Origin: Alphaproteobacteria bacterium
GTDB lineage: Bacteria > Pseudomonadota > Alphaproteobacteria > CAAHEQ01 > UBA3637
NCBI GenBank assembly: GCA_045605805.1
Contig: JAZUQR010000027.1
Location: 99,908 to 163,907 of the forward strand
Length of the DNA: 64,000 bases
Reading direction: 5' to 3'
This document shows positions 49,656-60,423 of this stretch, in pieces (position 1 is the first letter of the stretch; each line of letters begins with the position of its first letter). The notes below the pieces were generated by a model. That model was given only the letters and a program-made list of their open reading frames with translations. It ran no database searches and had not been told where the DNA came from. The translations under genes were made by a program, and so were the position numbers.

Positions 49656-50561
49656 ATGGCCACAACTTCTAAATTAAACATCATCGGATTAAAAGCCCCC
49701 ATCCAACACCACAAAGAATTGGCCCCGCAAACATGGCTGGGCGTGGGCGGTCAAGCCGAATTTTACATTGAACCGCAAGATATCACAGATTTACAATTGA
49801 TTTTAAGTCAAAATCCAAATCTGCCTATCACACTGCTGGGCGCAGGAAGTAATGTTTTGATTCGTGACGCAGGTATTTCAGGCCTAGTCATTCATTTAGC
49901 CAACGGATTCAAAAATTACACTGTGGATAAAAATAAAATCACAGCCGGTGCGGGTCTGTCCCTAATCAAATTGGCCACCATTGCGGCCGAATGTGGGATA
50001 TCTGGGTTTGAGTTTATGTCTGGCATCCCCGGATCGTTGGGCGGAGGGCTGAAAATGAATGCAGGGGCTTACGGATCGGATTTATCCGCCCTCTGCACCC
50101 AAGTGGTCTTTATGGATAAAGAAGGGAAAATCAACAAAATAAACCCTAAAACAACCGATTTTTTTGCCTATCGTCACAGTGATTTGCCTCCTGATGGCAT
50201 TTTCATTGAGGCCACCCTTGAAGGAACGCCCAAAAATAAAAACGAGATTTTACAAACCATGGCTGAATTAAAACAAAAACGCCAAAGCACTCAACCGCAA
50301 GGCGTAAAAACAGCCGGTTCCACATTCAAAAATCCACCCGATTGTGCCGCATGGAAATTGATTGACGAAGCTGGATTAAGAGGCTACACTCATAACGGGG
50401 CAAAAATAAGCGAAAAACATTCAAACTTTATGATAAACGCCAACAATGCCACCGCCACTGATTTAGAAGAATTGGGCGAATTTGTCCGTCAACAAGTAAA
50501 ACAAAAAACAGGTCATACACTGGAATGGGAAATAAAAATTATCGGAAAAAAGGAAAAATAA
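49656..50561 (+). CDS. murB: UDP-N-acetylenolpyruvoylglucosamine reductase MurB
   Basis: The protein has an FAD-binding PCMH domain (TWLGVGGQAEFYIEP) and is 301 aa. Confidence 0.9.
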   Translation: MATTSKLNIIGLKAPIQHHKELAPQTWLGVGGQAEFYIEPQDITDLQLILSQNPNLPITLLGAGSNVLIRDAGISGLVIHLANGFKNYTVDKNKITAGAGLSLIKLATIAAECGISGFEFMSGIPGSLGGGLKMNAGAYGSDLSALCTQVVFMDKEGKINKINPKTTDFFAYRHSDLPPDGIFIEATLEGTPKNKNEILQTMAELKQKRQSTQPQGVKTAGSTFKNPPDCAAWKLIDEAGLRGYTHNGAKISEKHSNFMINANNATATDLEELGEFVRQQVKQKTGHTLEWEIKIIGKKEK

Positions 50562-50562
50562 A

Positions 50563-51483
50563 ATGAAGAAAATTGAAAAAGTTGCAGTCGTCATGGGCGG
50601 TCTTTCTTCGGAACGGGAAATCTCGTTTCAATCAGGCAAAGGCGTGGCGCAAGCATTAAAACAAAAAGGCTATACCGTTTTGGAAATTGATTTAACAAAC
50701 AATATCGCCTCATTTGTCCAACAATTAAACACCTTTAAGCCGGATGTCGTTTTCAATGCCCTTCATGGACGCTATGGCGAAGACGGTTGTATTCAAGGAA
50801 TGTTAAACCTGATGCAAATCCCCTATACACATTCTGGCGTTCAAGCCTCTGCCATAGGAATGGATAAAAACAAAACACGGCAATTAGCCGAAAGTTTACA
50901 TATTCCCGTGGCCAAAGGCGGATTAAAAAGCAAACAGGATTTACAAAATCAAATGCCCGATTTGCCCTATGTTGTCAAACCCAACGATGATGGGTCATCC
51001 TTTGGCGTTCAAATCATCCGCACCCCACAAGAACATGAACAACTGTTAAAAGATTGGCCGGATGTGGAATACCAATTGGTGGAAGAATATATTGCAGGGC
51101 GAGAATTGTCATTTGCCATCTTAAACAACCAATATCTTGGGTCTGTGGAATTGGTTCCCGAATCCGGTTTTTACGACTTTGAAAACAAATATACAGCTGG
51201 CAAAACACAACACCTGATTCCGGCCCCACTGCCCAAAGAACAAGAAGAATTGGCCGCCCAATACAGCCTTCAAATTCATCAGGCATTGGGCTGTCGTGGC
51301 ACAACTCGTTGTGATTTCAGGTATGACGATACAAATCCATCCCAGCCCAAATTGGTCTTTTTGGAAATCAATACGAACCCAGGGATGACACCATTTTCTT
51401 TGGTTCCAGATATTGCCAAATCAAAAAAAATTGCGTATGATGAACTTGTGGATAAAATTGTAAGGGAAGCGCAATGCGATTAA
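50563..51483 (+). CDS. ddl: D-alanine--D-alanine ligase
   Basis: The N-terminus VAVVMGGLSSEREISFQSGKGVAQAL is followed by an ATP-grasp domain. The length is 306 aa. Confidence 0.9.
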   Translation: MKKIEKVAVVMGGLSSEREISFQSGKGVAQALKQKGYTVLEIDLTNNIASFVQQLNTFKPDVVFNALHGRYGEDGCIQGMLNLMQIPYTHSGVQASAIGMDKNKTRQLAESLHIPVAKGGLKSKQDLQNQMPDLPYVVKPNDDGSSFGVQIIRTPQEHEQLLKDWPDVEYQLVEEYIAGRELSFAILNNQYLGSVELVPESGFYDFENKYTAGKTQHLIPAPLPKEQEELAAQYSLQIHQALGCRGTTRCDFRYDDTNPSQPKLVFLEINTNPGMTPFSLVPDIAKSKKIAYDELVDKIVREAQCD

Positions 51484-52283
51484 ACTATAACTTTTTGAAA
51501 TGGTCTTTGAAAGCCCGCACCTTCATCGCAGGTGGGGTTTGGCTGATTGTGGGCATCATTGCCTTTTTCTGTTCCCACACAGGGCATCAATTCACAAATT
51601 GGGCCCAAAACGGCATCAATACCATTTTTCAAAAAGGAAATTGCCACCTTCAACAAGTACAAGTGGTTTGGCAAAACGAATTTCATTACACAAAAACCGA
51701 AACAATTTTGAAAACAATCGGTCTGCAACAAGGCAGCCCCATGGCGGACATTCACTTAAACGAAATCCAATCAAAGGTTAAACAACTGCCTTGGGTGCGT
51801 ATGGCAGTTGTGGAAAGATATTGGCCAAACGAAATCAAAATCACCATTGAAGAAAAAATACCTTTGGCCTTGTGGCAAAATAACCATAAATACCATCCAT
51901 TAGATGAACAAGCCGAAATCATCAAAACAAACACCCAATTACCGGCCGACCTGTTGTTGGTTGTCGGGCCAGATGCGCCAAAGCACTTGATAGAATTGAT
52001 AAAAAATCTGGAACAAGTTCCCCAAATCTATCAATATGTGCGGGCAGCGGTACGTTTTGGCGAACGCAGATGGAACCTGAAACTATTCAATGCCGAACAT
52101 GGTTTAGAGATTCTGTTGCCCGAAAAAGATGTTTTACAGGCCTTACAGCGTCTGGACCAACATAACAAAGAAGAAAAAATAATCAAACGCCAACTGGCAG
52201 CCATTGATTTACGCACGCAAGATAAAGTCATCTTAAAACCCATACCCACTCCATCAAAAAAACCGAAAGCAAAGAAAAAATGA
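51474..52283 (+). CDS. ftsQ: cell division protein FtsQ
   Basis: The protein has one transmembrane segment (AGGVWLIVGIIAFFC) and POTRA plus FtsQ beta domains. It lies between ddl and ftsA. Confidence 0.75.
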   Translation: MRLNYNFLKWSLKARTFIAGGVWLIVGIIAFFCSHTGHQFTNWAQNGINTIFQKGNCHLQQVQVVWQNEFHYTKTETILKTIGLQQGSPMADIHLNEIQSKVKQLPWVRMAVVERYWPNEIKITIEEKIPLALWQNNHKYHPLDEQAEIIKTNTQLPADLLLVVGPDAPKHLIELIKNLEQVPQIYQYVRAAVRFGERRWNLKLFNAEHGLEILLPEKDVLQALQRLDQHNKEEKIIKRQLAAIDLRTQDKVILKPIPTPSKKPKAKKK

Positions 52284-53524
52284 AATCCAACAAAAAATCA
52301 ATTTACACTTTTTTGGATATAGGCTCGTCAAAAATATCGTGTCTAATGGCCCGTATGCCCGAAGGCCATGCCCCTGAAATTATCGCCCATAGCTCAGTTC
52401 AATCCAAAGGGATTCAAAATGGGGCAATATGGGATATAGAAGCCGCCAAACTGTGTGTGGATAATGCCTTGCGTCAAGCCGAAAAAATGGCCGGACGCAC
52501 AATTACAAGCGTGTTTGTCAATGTATCATCCAGCCAATTAAAATCCGTTCAATTATATGATGAAATGGATATTCCAACCGGTCGCACCATCACAAGCGAA
52601 GATGTCCAACAACTGGTCAATGGCATCATCACATCACAAATCCCCGCAGATGAAGAAATCTTACATGCCATTCCTGTGGGTTATACAGTTGATCAAGAAC
52701 ACGGACGAAGTGATCCTCGAGGGATTCACGGCAAAACATTGGGGGCAAGAATCCATGTCATCACCATTCCACAAACACAGATATTAAACCTGTTAAAAGT
52801 GTTAGATTGGTGTCATGTCACTGTGGCTGGCAAAGTAGCCACCCCCTACGCAAGTGCCTTGTCTGTTTTAACGGAAGATGAAATGGATTTAGGGGCAACG
52901 GTCATAGATTTTGGGGCCGGCACAACAAGCTATGCCATCATCATTGCCGGTGGCTTGATGCAACTAGGTCTTATCCCGCAAGGAGGCAATGAAATCACCC
53001 GAGCCATTGCCCAAACATTTAATACCGACTTACAAAATGCCGAGCGCAAAAAAGTATTAAACGGAGCCGCCACCCTGGTCCCACGAGATGAAGTAGAACC
53101 GGTCATCATCCCTGTGTTGGGAGACGATACAGGCACAAACATCCAAATTATGCGATCAAATCTTATCAGTTGTATTCTGCCACATTTGGAAGATATCCTG
53201 ACAAAACTCAACGCTTTTTTAACACAAGATATCACCTTTTCTTCTGTGGCAAACCGTTATGTTTTAACAGGAGGCAGTGCCGGTTTTGACGGTCTTGTGG
53301 AAAAAACAGGCCAATTTTTGGGCGGCATCGCCCGCATGGGAAAAATAAAAGAAATAAAAAACTTGCCAAAAGAGTATGATTCGTGTACATTTAATATATG
53401 CGTTGGATTATTGGTCTATGCCAAAATGAGAATGCAAAACAAAGTGTTGGATGATTTTCAAGAAAAACCAACTGTCATCGGTTGGCTCGGAAAGGTAAAA
53501 GAATGGCTGAAACAAAACCTATAG
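52280..53524 (+). CDS. ftsA: cell division protein FtsA
   Basis: The protein has an actin-like ATPase fold and begins [18 protein letters not shown]. Confidence 0.9.
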   Translation: MKSNKKSIYTFLDIGSSKISCLMARMPEGHAPEIIAHSSVQSKGIQNGAIWDIEAAKLCVDNALRQAEKMAGRTITSVFVNVSSSQLKSVQLYDEMDIPTGRTITSEDVQQLVNGIITSQIPADEEILHAIPVGYTVDQEHGRSDPRGIHGKTLGARIHVITIPQTQILNLLKVLDWCHVTVAGKVATPYASALSVLTEDEMDLGATVIDFGAGTTSYAIIIAGGLMQLGLIPQGGNEITRAIAQTFNTDLQNAERKKVLNGAATLVPRDEVEPVIIPVLGDDTGTNIQIMRSNLISCILPHLEDILTKLNAFLTQDITFSSVANRYVLTGGSAGFDGLVEKTGQFLGGIARMGKIKEIKNLPKEYDSCTFNICVGLLVYAKMRMQNKVLDDFQEKPTVIGWLGKVKEWLKQNL

Positions 53525-55008
53525 ATACATTACAAATCGGATTGGCAACCCCACCACCGGAAGTTTTATTAACCCCAAACATTGGTGTAATTGGTGTGGG
53601 TGGTGCCGGTGGAAATGCCGTCAATAATATGATTGCCTCTAATTTAACAGGGGTCAGCTTTTTTGCGGCCAACACAGATGCACAAGCCTTGTCAAAATCT
53701 TTATGTTCCGAACGCATCCAACTGGGCATTAAAACCACCCAAGGGTTGGGGGCAGGCGCTCATCCCGAAGTTGGCAAGGCCTCGGCCGAAGAATCTGCCG
53801 ATAAAATTAAAGAAGAAATCACAGGTCTGCATTTACTGTTTTTAACGGCTGGAATGGGGGGAGGAACCGGAACCGGTGCTTTACCTGTCATCGCAAAAAT
53901 GGCTCATGAAATGGGTATTATGACGGTTGCCGTTGTGTCTACACCTTTTATGTTTGAAGGCCAAAAGCGCATGAAAACAGCCCAAGGCGGTATTGAAGAA
54001 TTAAAAAAATATGTGGATACAATGATTATCGTACCCAACCAAAACCTGTTTCGTGTGGCAAAACCGGATACAACATTTATGGAAGCCTTTAAGATGGCAG
54101 ACGATGTTTTGTGTCAAGGGGTGCGGTCCATTACCGATTTAATTATGAACCCAGGTATCGTGAATTTGGATTTTGCCGACTTGACAACCGTCTTAAAATC
54201 CATGGGGCGTGCCATGATGGGATCGGGCATAGCCTCAGGCGAAAATCGGGCAACTATTGCGGCTGAAAAAGCCCTGTCTAACCCCTTATTGGATGATGTA
54301 TCCATCAAAGGCGCACGCAGCGTTCTGATCAACATTTCTGCCGGCATGGATTTAACATTGGCCGAAGCCGATATCATCAACCAACGCATCACAGCCGAAG
54401 TTGACCCTGATGCCAATATCATCTCTGGCACCACTTTGAATCAAGATATCACAGGCTCTATTCAAGTTTCTGTTGTGGCCACAGGGCTTGACCCAAAAAC
54501 ACAACCCGTTGGCACACAATCAACAATTGCCATCAACACACAAACAGAAACATTGGTCACACCACCCCAAAACCCAATTCCAACGGCCACAGCCACTGTT
54601 TCACAACCCGAGCCCCCAAAAGAAGAACAACCTTCTTTAATTCCAACGATGGACTTTGGATGCACACCGTTTGTTAAAGTGGCTGCCACACCTGCCGAAG
54701 ATTTGGTGGTTGAAGGGACAGAACAGGCCGAACCCACACAGGAAACCTTATTGCCAAATCCTGTACCACACATTGATGCTGTGCAGGAAATACCGCAAAG
54801 TATCCCCCAAGAACAACCCATCAATTTGGATCATAAAACAGCCGAAGCCAATGTCACTTCTGTGAAACCGGATTTATTCAAATTGGTACCTGGGTTATGG
54901 AATCTGCGCAATACAAGTGGCACAAAAGCCCCGCAAAAATCAAAGGAAAAAGAAAAAGAAGCCCCAATTCCCGAATTGGATTTATCTATCCCAAGTTTTT
55001 TCAAATAA
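53482..55008 (+). CDS. ftsZ: cell division GTPase FtsZ (the start is uncertain, the [11 protein letters not shown] at 53503 being the alternative)
   Basis: The sequences [17 protein letters not shown] (tubulin G-box) and NTDAQAL are present. A long disordered linker is followed by the C-terminal conserved peptide DLSIPSFFK. Confidence 0.9.
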   Translation: MARKGKRMAETKPIDTLQIGLATPPPEVLLTPNIGVIGVGGAGGNAVNNMIASNLTGVSFFAANTDAQALSKSLCSERIQLGIKTTQGLGAGAHPEVGKASAEESADKIKEEITGLHLLFLTAGMGGGTGTGALPVIAKMAHEMGIMTVAVVSTPFMFEGQKRMKTAQGGIEELKKYVDTMIIVPNQNLFRVAKPDTTFMEAFKMADDVLCQGVRSITDLIMNPGIVNLDFADLTTVLKSMGRAMMGSGIASGENRATIAAEKALSNPLLDDVSIKGARSVLINISAGMDLTLAEADIINQRITAEVDPDANIISGTTLNQDITGSIQVSVVATGLDPKTQPVGTQSTIAINTQTETLVTPPQNPIPTATATVSQPEPPKEEQPSLIPTMDFGCTPFVKVAATPAEDLVVEGTEQAEPTQETLLPNPVPHIDAVQEIPQSIPQEQPINLDHKTAEANVTSVKPDLFKLVPGLWNLRNTSGTKAPQKSKEKEKEAPIPELDLSIPSFFK

Positions 55009-55011
55009 ACC

Positions 55012-55947
55012 TTAAATAGATAAAAAGCGTTTGTGACGACTTTCTACCAATTCTTCTGGGGATTGTTTTATCAACTGTGCCAAGTATTTTTCAATCACTT
55101 GTGCCACCGAACGCATCGTTTCTTCGGTAAAGCGGTGAGCCCCCCCTAACGGTTCAGGAATCACCTCTTCCACCACCTTTAATTTCAACATATCATGGGC
55201 AGTCAAATGCAAAATCTCCGTGGCCTTTTGAGCATATTTGAAATCTTTCCATAAAATGGAGGCACACCCTTCCGGCGAAATCACCGAATAAATGGCATGT
55301 TCAAGCATCAACACAACATTTCCGCTGGCCAACGCCAAAGCCCCTCCACTGCCCCCTTCACCAATCACACAACTGATAACAGGTACTTTCAAGTTCAAAC
55401 AAGTTTCAATGCAAGAAGCAATAGCTTGCCCTTGCCCATGGGCTTCGGCTTCCACCCCAGGGAAAGCACCGGCCGTATCCACCAAAGTAATCACAGGCAC
55501 ACCATATTGTTCGGCCAATTTCATCAAACGAATAGCCTTACGATAACCTTCTGGCCGAGCCATACCAAAATTGTGTTTCAAACGAGTATCAATATCATGG
55601 CCTTTCTCAGTTCCAATCACCATCACAGTGCGTCCATTAAACTTAGCCAATCCCCCTACAATAGCCGCATCCTCACCATTCAAGCGATCGCCACATAACA
55701 ATTCAAAATCGTCAAAAATAAAATGAATATAATCCACTGCATGAGGGCGTGATTCATGCCGAGCCACCTGAGCTTTTTGCCAAGGGGTCAATTTTTCATA
55801 AGCCTGTTTAATCACCCGAGAACGCTTAGAGGTCAACCGTTTTATTTCCAGTTTATTTTTTTCACTAACGGCTTTTTCGCCCGTTGCCAAACGAGCCAAT
55901 TTTTCATCCACCTCTTTAATTGTGCGTTCAAAATCAAGATATTGCAT
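55012..55947 (-). CDS. accA: acetyl-CoA carboxylase carboxyltransferase alpha subunit
   Basis: The sequences LDFERTIKEVDEKLARL and PVITLVDTAGAFPGVEAEAHGQGQAIA match AccA. The length is 311 aa. Confidence 0.9.
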   Translation of the reverse strand: MQYLDFERTIKEVDEKLARLATGEKAVSEKNKLEIKRLTSKRSRVIKQAYEKLTPWQKAQVARHESRPHAVDYIHFIFDDFELLCGDRLNGEDAAIVGGLAKFNGRTVMVIGTEKGHDIDTRLKHNFGMARPEGYRKAIRLMKLAEQYGVPVITLVDTAGAFPGVEAEAHGQGQAIASCIETCLNLKVPVISCVIGEGGSGGALALASGNVVLMLEHAIYSVISPEGCASILWKDFKYAQKATEILHLTAHDMLKLKVVEEVIPEPLGGAHRFTEETMRSVAQVIEKYLAQLIKQSPEELVESRHKRFLSI

Positions 55948-56027
55948 CTTTCATCCTTTTTGTTTGCTTTTTATAATTATACAAGGTATAATTCAAAAAG
56001 TCCAGCATAAAAAGAAAGGCAAAAAAA

Positions 56028-56357
56028 ATGACACCGTACTTATTTTGGGAATTGATGATTTTAATCACAGGGGTTTGGCTGATTGCTATTTTGTTTTTCA
56101 TCTATGGTTGGGTGTTGATAAAAAAACAAAAACAAATGCTTCATGATTTTTATCAATTTTTGGCCACCCAATCTCCTTTACAAGAAACACCCCCCTTTCA
56201 ACAGAACGAACAAACCATACCAGAATCAGACCGTGAACCTGAAACCGAACAAGAACCGATGCACATTGAAATATCAAAAGAAGAACTCATTGCAAAATAT
56301 GAAAATATGAACCCGCAAAATCCTGTGGATATTTCTTTTATAGACGAGGAAAAATGA
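56028..56357 (+). CDS. hypothetical small membrane protein with an acidic C-tail
   Basis: The protein has one transmembrane segment (LMILITGVWLIAILFFIYGWVLI). The stop overlaps the start of the downstream solute-binding protein gene. Confidence 0.35.
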   Translation: MTPYLFWELMILITGVWLIAILFFIYGWVLIKKQKQMLHDFYQFLATQSPLQETPPFQQNEQTIPESDREPETEQEPMHIEISKEELIAKYENMNPQNPVDISFIDEEK

Positions 56358-58102
56358 AACTTTTCTTTTTTCTTTTTTGCTTTTGTGCATTCCCTGTTTT
56401 TGCCGGACACGGTCTTGCCCTACATGGCGAACCAAAATTACCCCAAGGCTTTAAGCATTTTGATTATGTCAACCCAAACGCCCCCAAAAAAGGCCATTTA
56501 ACAAACGCTATGTCACATGGTTTTGATACATTAAACCCTTTTTCAATCAACGGCATAGCCCCAAGCGGGATTTTTTTAACACACGATACTTTGATGAAGC
56601 AAAACGCCAACGAAGCCTTTACACAATATGGTTTAATTGCCCAAGAAGTTTTTCTGTCTAAAAACAAAAAAACAGTCACCTTCAAATTAAATCCCAACGC
56701 CCGTTTTAATGATAACAGCCCGATTACAGCCGAAGATGTGCTGTTTTCCTTTAACACATTAAAAGAAAAAGGCTTACCCATTTATCGGGTTTATTACCAA
56801 GATGTTGAAAAAGCAACGATTGTGAACCCACACACAATTCAATTCACTTTGAAAACTGATAAAAACAAAGAACTCCCTTTAATTTTGGGGCAATTGCCCG
56901 TGCTATCAAAAAGCTATTGGCAAAACAAAGACTTTGAAAAAACAACCATGCAAATCCCCGTCACAAGTGGCCCCTATCTAATTCAAAAGATAACACCAAA
57001 CCGAAGCATCACCTATCAACGCAACCCAAATTATTGGGCAAAAGACCTCAATGTCAATCAAGGATTTTATAATTTTGATACCATTCAATATGACACCTAT
57101 CTAGACAGCACTGTCACATTGGAAGCCTTACGCAAAGGCATGATAGACCTACATCAAGAAAATGTGGCCAAACGGTGGCAAAATGAACTGCAATGGCCTC
57201 AATTGAAAGACGGCACTTTAACCGCCACCCAAATCCCCCATCAATTACCAAGTGGCATGCAAGGCTTTGTGTTTAATTTGCGAAACCCTTTATTTCAAGA
57301 TATAAAAGTGCGCCAAGCGCTGACAAAAGTGTTGGATTTTGAATGGATAAATCAAAACCTGTTTTATAATATGTATCAACGCACAACAAGTTATTTTGAC
57401 AATTCTTACTTAAAAGCCCCACCTTTACCGTCAAAAGAAGAATTAGCTCTCTTAAAACCATACGAAAGCGACTTACCGCCCAACACCTTAACCACAGCGT
57501 TTGAATTAAAAAATCTTCCACCTCGCCAAGCCTTGCGAGAAGCGTTAGATTTGTTGGAACAAGCCGGATGGTCCGTTCAAAACAACATCCTACAAAAAGA
57601 GGAAAAACCCTTTCAATTTACTCTATTATTGGATGCCAATTCGGCACAAGTGTGGGAACGCATTGCCCTGCCTTTTGTGGCAAGATTAAAGCGATTGGGG
57701 ATTCAGGCCGATATACAGGTGATGGATTTATTACAATATAAAAACAAAATAGATAACTTTGAGTATGATATGATTGTGTTTGTGTGGGGCAACTCGTTAT
57801 CCCCCGGCAATGAACAGATGGATTATTGGGGCAGTCAAGCCGCCCAAACAAAAGGCAGCACAAACCTAACCGGCATTCAAAATAAAGCGATTGATGCGAT
57901 AATTGAAAAAATTAAAAATGCCCAAACCAAACAAGAACTAATAACAGCTACCCACGCACTGGATCGGGTGTTGCTACATCATTATTTGGTCATTCCGCAC
58001 TGGTACAGCGCAACCACCCGCCTCATACACAAACCAGACCTACAACGCCCTAAAACTATTCCCATGAACGGCTTAGATTTAATGACCTGGTGGAAAAAAT
58101 AA
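56354..58102 (+). CDS. ABC transporter substrate-binding protein, family 5 (oligopeptide/YejA-like)
   Basis: A signal peptide (MKLFFFLFCFCAFPVFA) precedes an SBP_bac_5 architecture of ~580 aa. Confidence 0.8.
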   Translation: MKLFFFLFCFCAFPVFAGHGLALHGEPKLPQGFKHFDYVNPNAPKKGHLTNAMSHGFDTLNPFSINGIAPSGIFLTHDTLMKQNANEAFTQYGLIAQEVFLSKNKKTVTFKLNPNARFNDNSPITAEDVLFSFNTLKEKGLPIYRVYYQDVEKATIVNPHTIQFTLKTDKNKELPLILGQLPVLSKSYWQNKDFEKTTMQIPVTSGPYLIQKITPNRSITYQRNPNYWAKDLNVNQGFYNFDTIQYDTYLDSTVTLEALRKGMIDLHQENVAKRWQNELQWPQLKDGTLTATQIPHQLPSGMQGFVFNLRNPLFQDIKVRQALTKVLDFEWINQNLFYNMYQRTTSYFDNSYLKAPPLPSKEELALLKPYESDLPPNTLTTAFELKNLPPRQALREALDLLEQAGWSVQNNILQKEEKPFQFTLLLDANSAQVWERIALPFVARLKRLGIQADIQVMDLLQYKNKIDNFEYDMIVFVWGNSLSPGNEQMDYWGSQAAQTKGSTNLTGIQNKAIDAIIEKIKNAQTKQELITATHALDRVLLHHYLVIPHWYSATTRLIHKPDLQRPKTIPMNGLDLMTWWKK

Positions 58103-58160
58103 AATTTCTTCTTGATTTTCTTAAAAAAAAAAGTAAAACTAATATCAAGAGGGTGAGTAA

Positions 58161-58775
58161 ATGAAAAAAATACTGTTATTCGGACTTTTATCTTGGAGTA
58201 TTCCCATAAACGCACAAAACCTTTTTTGGTCTTTTGATGATAATCAACAGCCCTTAACAATTGCCCCAGAATGTGATGCCCGTTTTGATGAAGTGCGTGG
58301 CGGTGTGTACATGCCATCTGTGGAAGATGTTTATCATTACGGTTCTATTTTTTTAGAAAACCAATCTTATGAAATTAAACGACAAGCCCCATATTGTTTT
58401 TTGATTGCAGCCTTTAATGGCCATGTGGATGCCCAATTTAAGCTGGCACAAATGTATAATAAAGGCGATGTCTTGCCACAAGATGATTTAAGTGCCTATA
58501 AGTGGGCGTTCATTGCGGCCTTAAACGGCAAAAAAGAAGCCGAAGATTTTGTTTTAACTTTGGAACAATTTATCACAACCGATGATTTGGAAATCACAAA
58601 CGAAGCCATCCAATCCACTCGCACAAAAATCCAGCAGAACATGGAAGCACAACTGGTGGCTTTAACAGCAGAAAATCAGCAATATCAATCCAAGCAAGAA
58701 ACGCTAAGCAATCTCAAAATACCAACACCCACACCTGTGACAAATATCTTTAACAATCAGGATCACTTTGAATGA
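58161..58775 (+). CDS. Sel1-like repeat (SLR/TPR-like) secreted protein
   Basis: A signal peptide (MKKILLFGLLSWSIPINA) precedes at least one clear Sel1 repeat, AQFKLAQMYNKGDVLPQDDLSAYKWAFIAALNG. Confidence 0.5.
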   Translation: MKKILLFGLLSWSIPINAQNLFWSFDDNQQPLTIAPECDARFDEVRGGVYMPSVEDVYHYGSIFLENQSYEIKRQAPYCFLIAAFNGHVDAQFKLAQMYNKGDVLPQDDLSAYKWAFIAALNGKKEAEDFVLTLEQFITTDDLEITNEAIQSTRTKIQQNMEAQLVALTAENQQYQSKQETLSNLKIPTPTPVTNIFNNQDHFE

Positions 58776-59113
58776 AAAAAAGCCTTTTAATTTTCTTGCT
58801 TTTTTTTGCCCTAACAACACAGGCCAAGTTTATTCAAGGCACCGACATTCCGCTGATGGACAACTTTCAAATCAGCGAAAGTGAAAGTTTTTCGTTTGAT
58901 ACACCGGCCGGTCAAATTATGACCATCACCGCAACCACAACCTTATCCGAAAAAGAAATCTATAAGTTTTATCAAGAAAGCCTAACGGCATTGGGCTGGC
59001 AAAAAACATCTCCCACTGCTTTTAAGCGAGAACAAGATGTCCTCAACATTAAAATCACCCCACAAAAACAAAACATGCAAATCACAATTCAACTGACATT
59101 TTCCAATAAATAA
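58772..59113 (+). CDS. hypothetical secreted protein (113 aa)
   Basis: The protein has a signal peptide (MKKSLLIFLLFFALTTQA). Its start overlaps the stop of the Sel1 protein gene. Confidence 0.35.
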   Translation: MKKSLLIFLLFFALTTQAKFIQGTDIPLMDNFQISESESFSFDTPAGQIMTITATTTLSEKEIYKFYQESLTALGWQKTSPTAFKREQDVLNIKITPQKQNMQITIQLTFSNK

Positions 59114-59121
59114 AAAAACTA

Positions 59122-59150
59122 TTGACTTTTTGATTTTATTTTGATACAAT
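59122..59150 (+). promoter_or_regulatory. candidate sigma-70 promoter for rpsT
   Basis: TTGACT sits at 59122-59127, a 17-nt spacer follows, and an extended -10 TGaTACAAT ends at 59150. The 16-mer ttttgatacaataaag is identical to the one in the rpoH promoter. Confidence 0.4.
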
Positions 59151-59195
59151 AAAGTCCTGTTATAACAAACCAATTACTTTAAGGATTAAAAAAAT

Positions 59196-59462
59196 ATGGC
59201 AAATTTACGTTCATCTAAGACCCGTGTTGGTCGCAATAAAAGAAGAGAAAAAGTGAACAAAGACCGTTTGGGTTCTGTTCGCACAGCCGTAAAACAGACA
59301 CGTGCTGCAATTGCTGCCGGCGATAAAGAAACAGCACAAAAAGCATTTGTAAAAGCCGAAGGATCTTTGGCTCGTGCTGCAAACAAACGCACCATTAAAA
59401 AACGCACAGCTTCTCGTTTAACATCTCGTTTGGCTGCTGCTGTAAAAGCTCTTTTCAAGTAA
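59196..59462 (+). CDS. rpsT: 30S ribosomal protein S20
   Basis: The N-terminus MANLRSSKTRVGRNKRREKVN and the 88-aa length match S20. Confidence 0.95.
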   Translation: MANLRSSKTRVGRNKRREKVNKDRLGSVRTAVKQTRAAIAAGDKETAQKAFVKAEGSLARAANKRTIKKRTASRLTSRLAAAVKALFK

Positions 59463-59483
59463 GAAAAGTTGATAATTTCAAAA

Positions 59484-59510
59484 ACCCGCCTCAAAAGGTG
59501 GGTTTTTTTA
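59484..59510 (+). terminator. rho-independent terminator after rpsT
   Basis: A stem acccgcc/ggtgggt (7 bp including one G·U) with loop tcaaaa is followed by a T7 run. Confidence 0.6.
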
Positions 59511-59586
59511 TTGTTTTTTTAAGCGAAACACTTGACACAAGCACAAAAATCTGCTTTATTCAAAGCAAAGAACTGAAAGGAAAAAA

Positions 59587-60423
59587 ATGCATTCTAATTT
59601 ATTTTTAAGAATTATCTCCTCAATCGTCTTTGTTCCTGTGGTTTTGGGGGCAATCTGGTATGGCCGTGGAGCTTATGAAGAATACTCCATTCCATTATTT
59701 TCCATTTTTCTGGCTTGCCTTGGGGCTGGATTGTCATGGGAATGGGATACAATGTTCAACAAAAAGAACACAACAAACGGCATTTTACTAACACTCTTTG
59801 CAGTTTTAACTTTATTTTTAACCGAAGCCAAACCGGCCTTTGCCCTGTGGATGATTTTGGCCGGCACTACCGTTTTGTTTTATAAAACGAAGGGGAATCT
59901 TGCCTTTTCGCTTGGCACAGCATACATTTGTCTGCCTTTAACAGCACTCAGCTATCTGTACCACACAAACGGACATGTCAGCCGTGAAATTGTGTTGTGG
60001 TTATTTTTTGTGGTCTGGGCAACAGATGTAGGCGGTTATGTGGTTGGCAAAACCATTGGCGGCCCGAAATTAGCCCCCAAAATAAGCCCCAAAAAAACAT
60101 GGGCAGGTTTAATTGGTGCCATCTGTTTTGCCATGGCAATGGCCTATGTTTTTGCTCTGTACTTAAAAGCCTATGGATATATGAGTGGAGATTTCAGATT
60201 TAACACAAGAATCCTTGTTCTGTCGTCTGGGGTTTTGGCCGTCATTTCTCAAATTGGGGATTTATTTGAATCACACATCAAACGCAAATTAAACATCAAA
60301 GATTCAAGCAACATCATCCCAGGGCAAGGTGGTTTATTTGATCGCTTTGACGGATTGATTTTTGCGGCCTGTGCCGTAGCCTTGGCTGTGACATTCATGG
60401 GGGAAAATTGGTGGACACCATGA
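59587..60423 (+). CDS. cdsA: phosphatidate cytidylyltransferase CdsA
   Basis: The protein is multi-pass membrane and carries the C-terminal CTP-transferase signature KISPKKTWAGLIGAI...GQGGLFDRFDGLIFA. Confidence 0.85.
   Translation: MHSNLFLRIISSIVFVPVVLGAIWYGRGAYEEYSIPLFSIFLACLGAGLSWEWDTMFNKKNTTNGILLTLFAVLTLFLTEAKPAFALWMILAGTTVLFYKTKGNLAFSLGTAYICLPLTALSYLYHTNGHVSREIVLWLFFVVWATDVGGYVVGKTIGGPKLAPKISPKKTWAGLIGAICFAMAMAYVFALYLKAYGYMSGDFRFNTRILVLSSGVLAVISQIGDLFESHIKRKLNIKDSSNIIPGQGGLFDRFDGLIFAACAVALAVTFMGENWWTP

Noticed and set aside
54462-54824. A 120-aa ORF antisense to the ftsZ linker region.
   Set aside because: It is a shadow ORF inside the ftsZ disordered-linker coding region, and it is low complexity.
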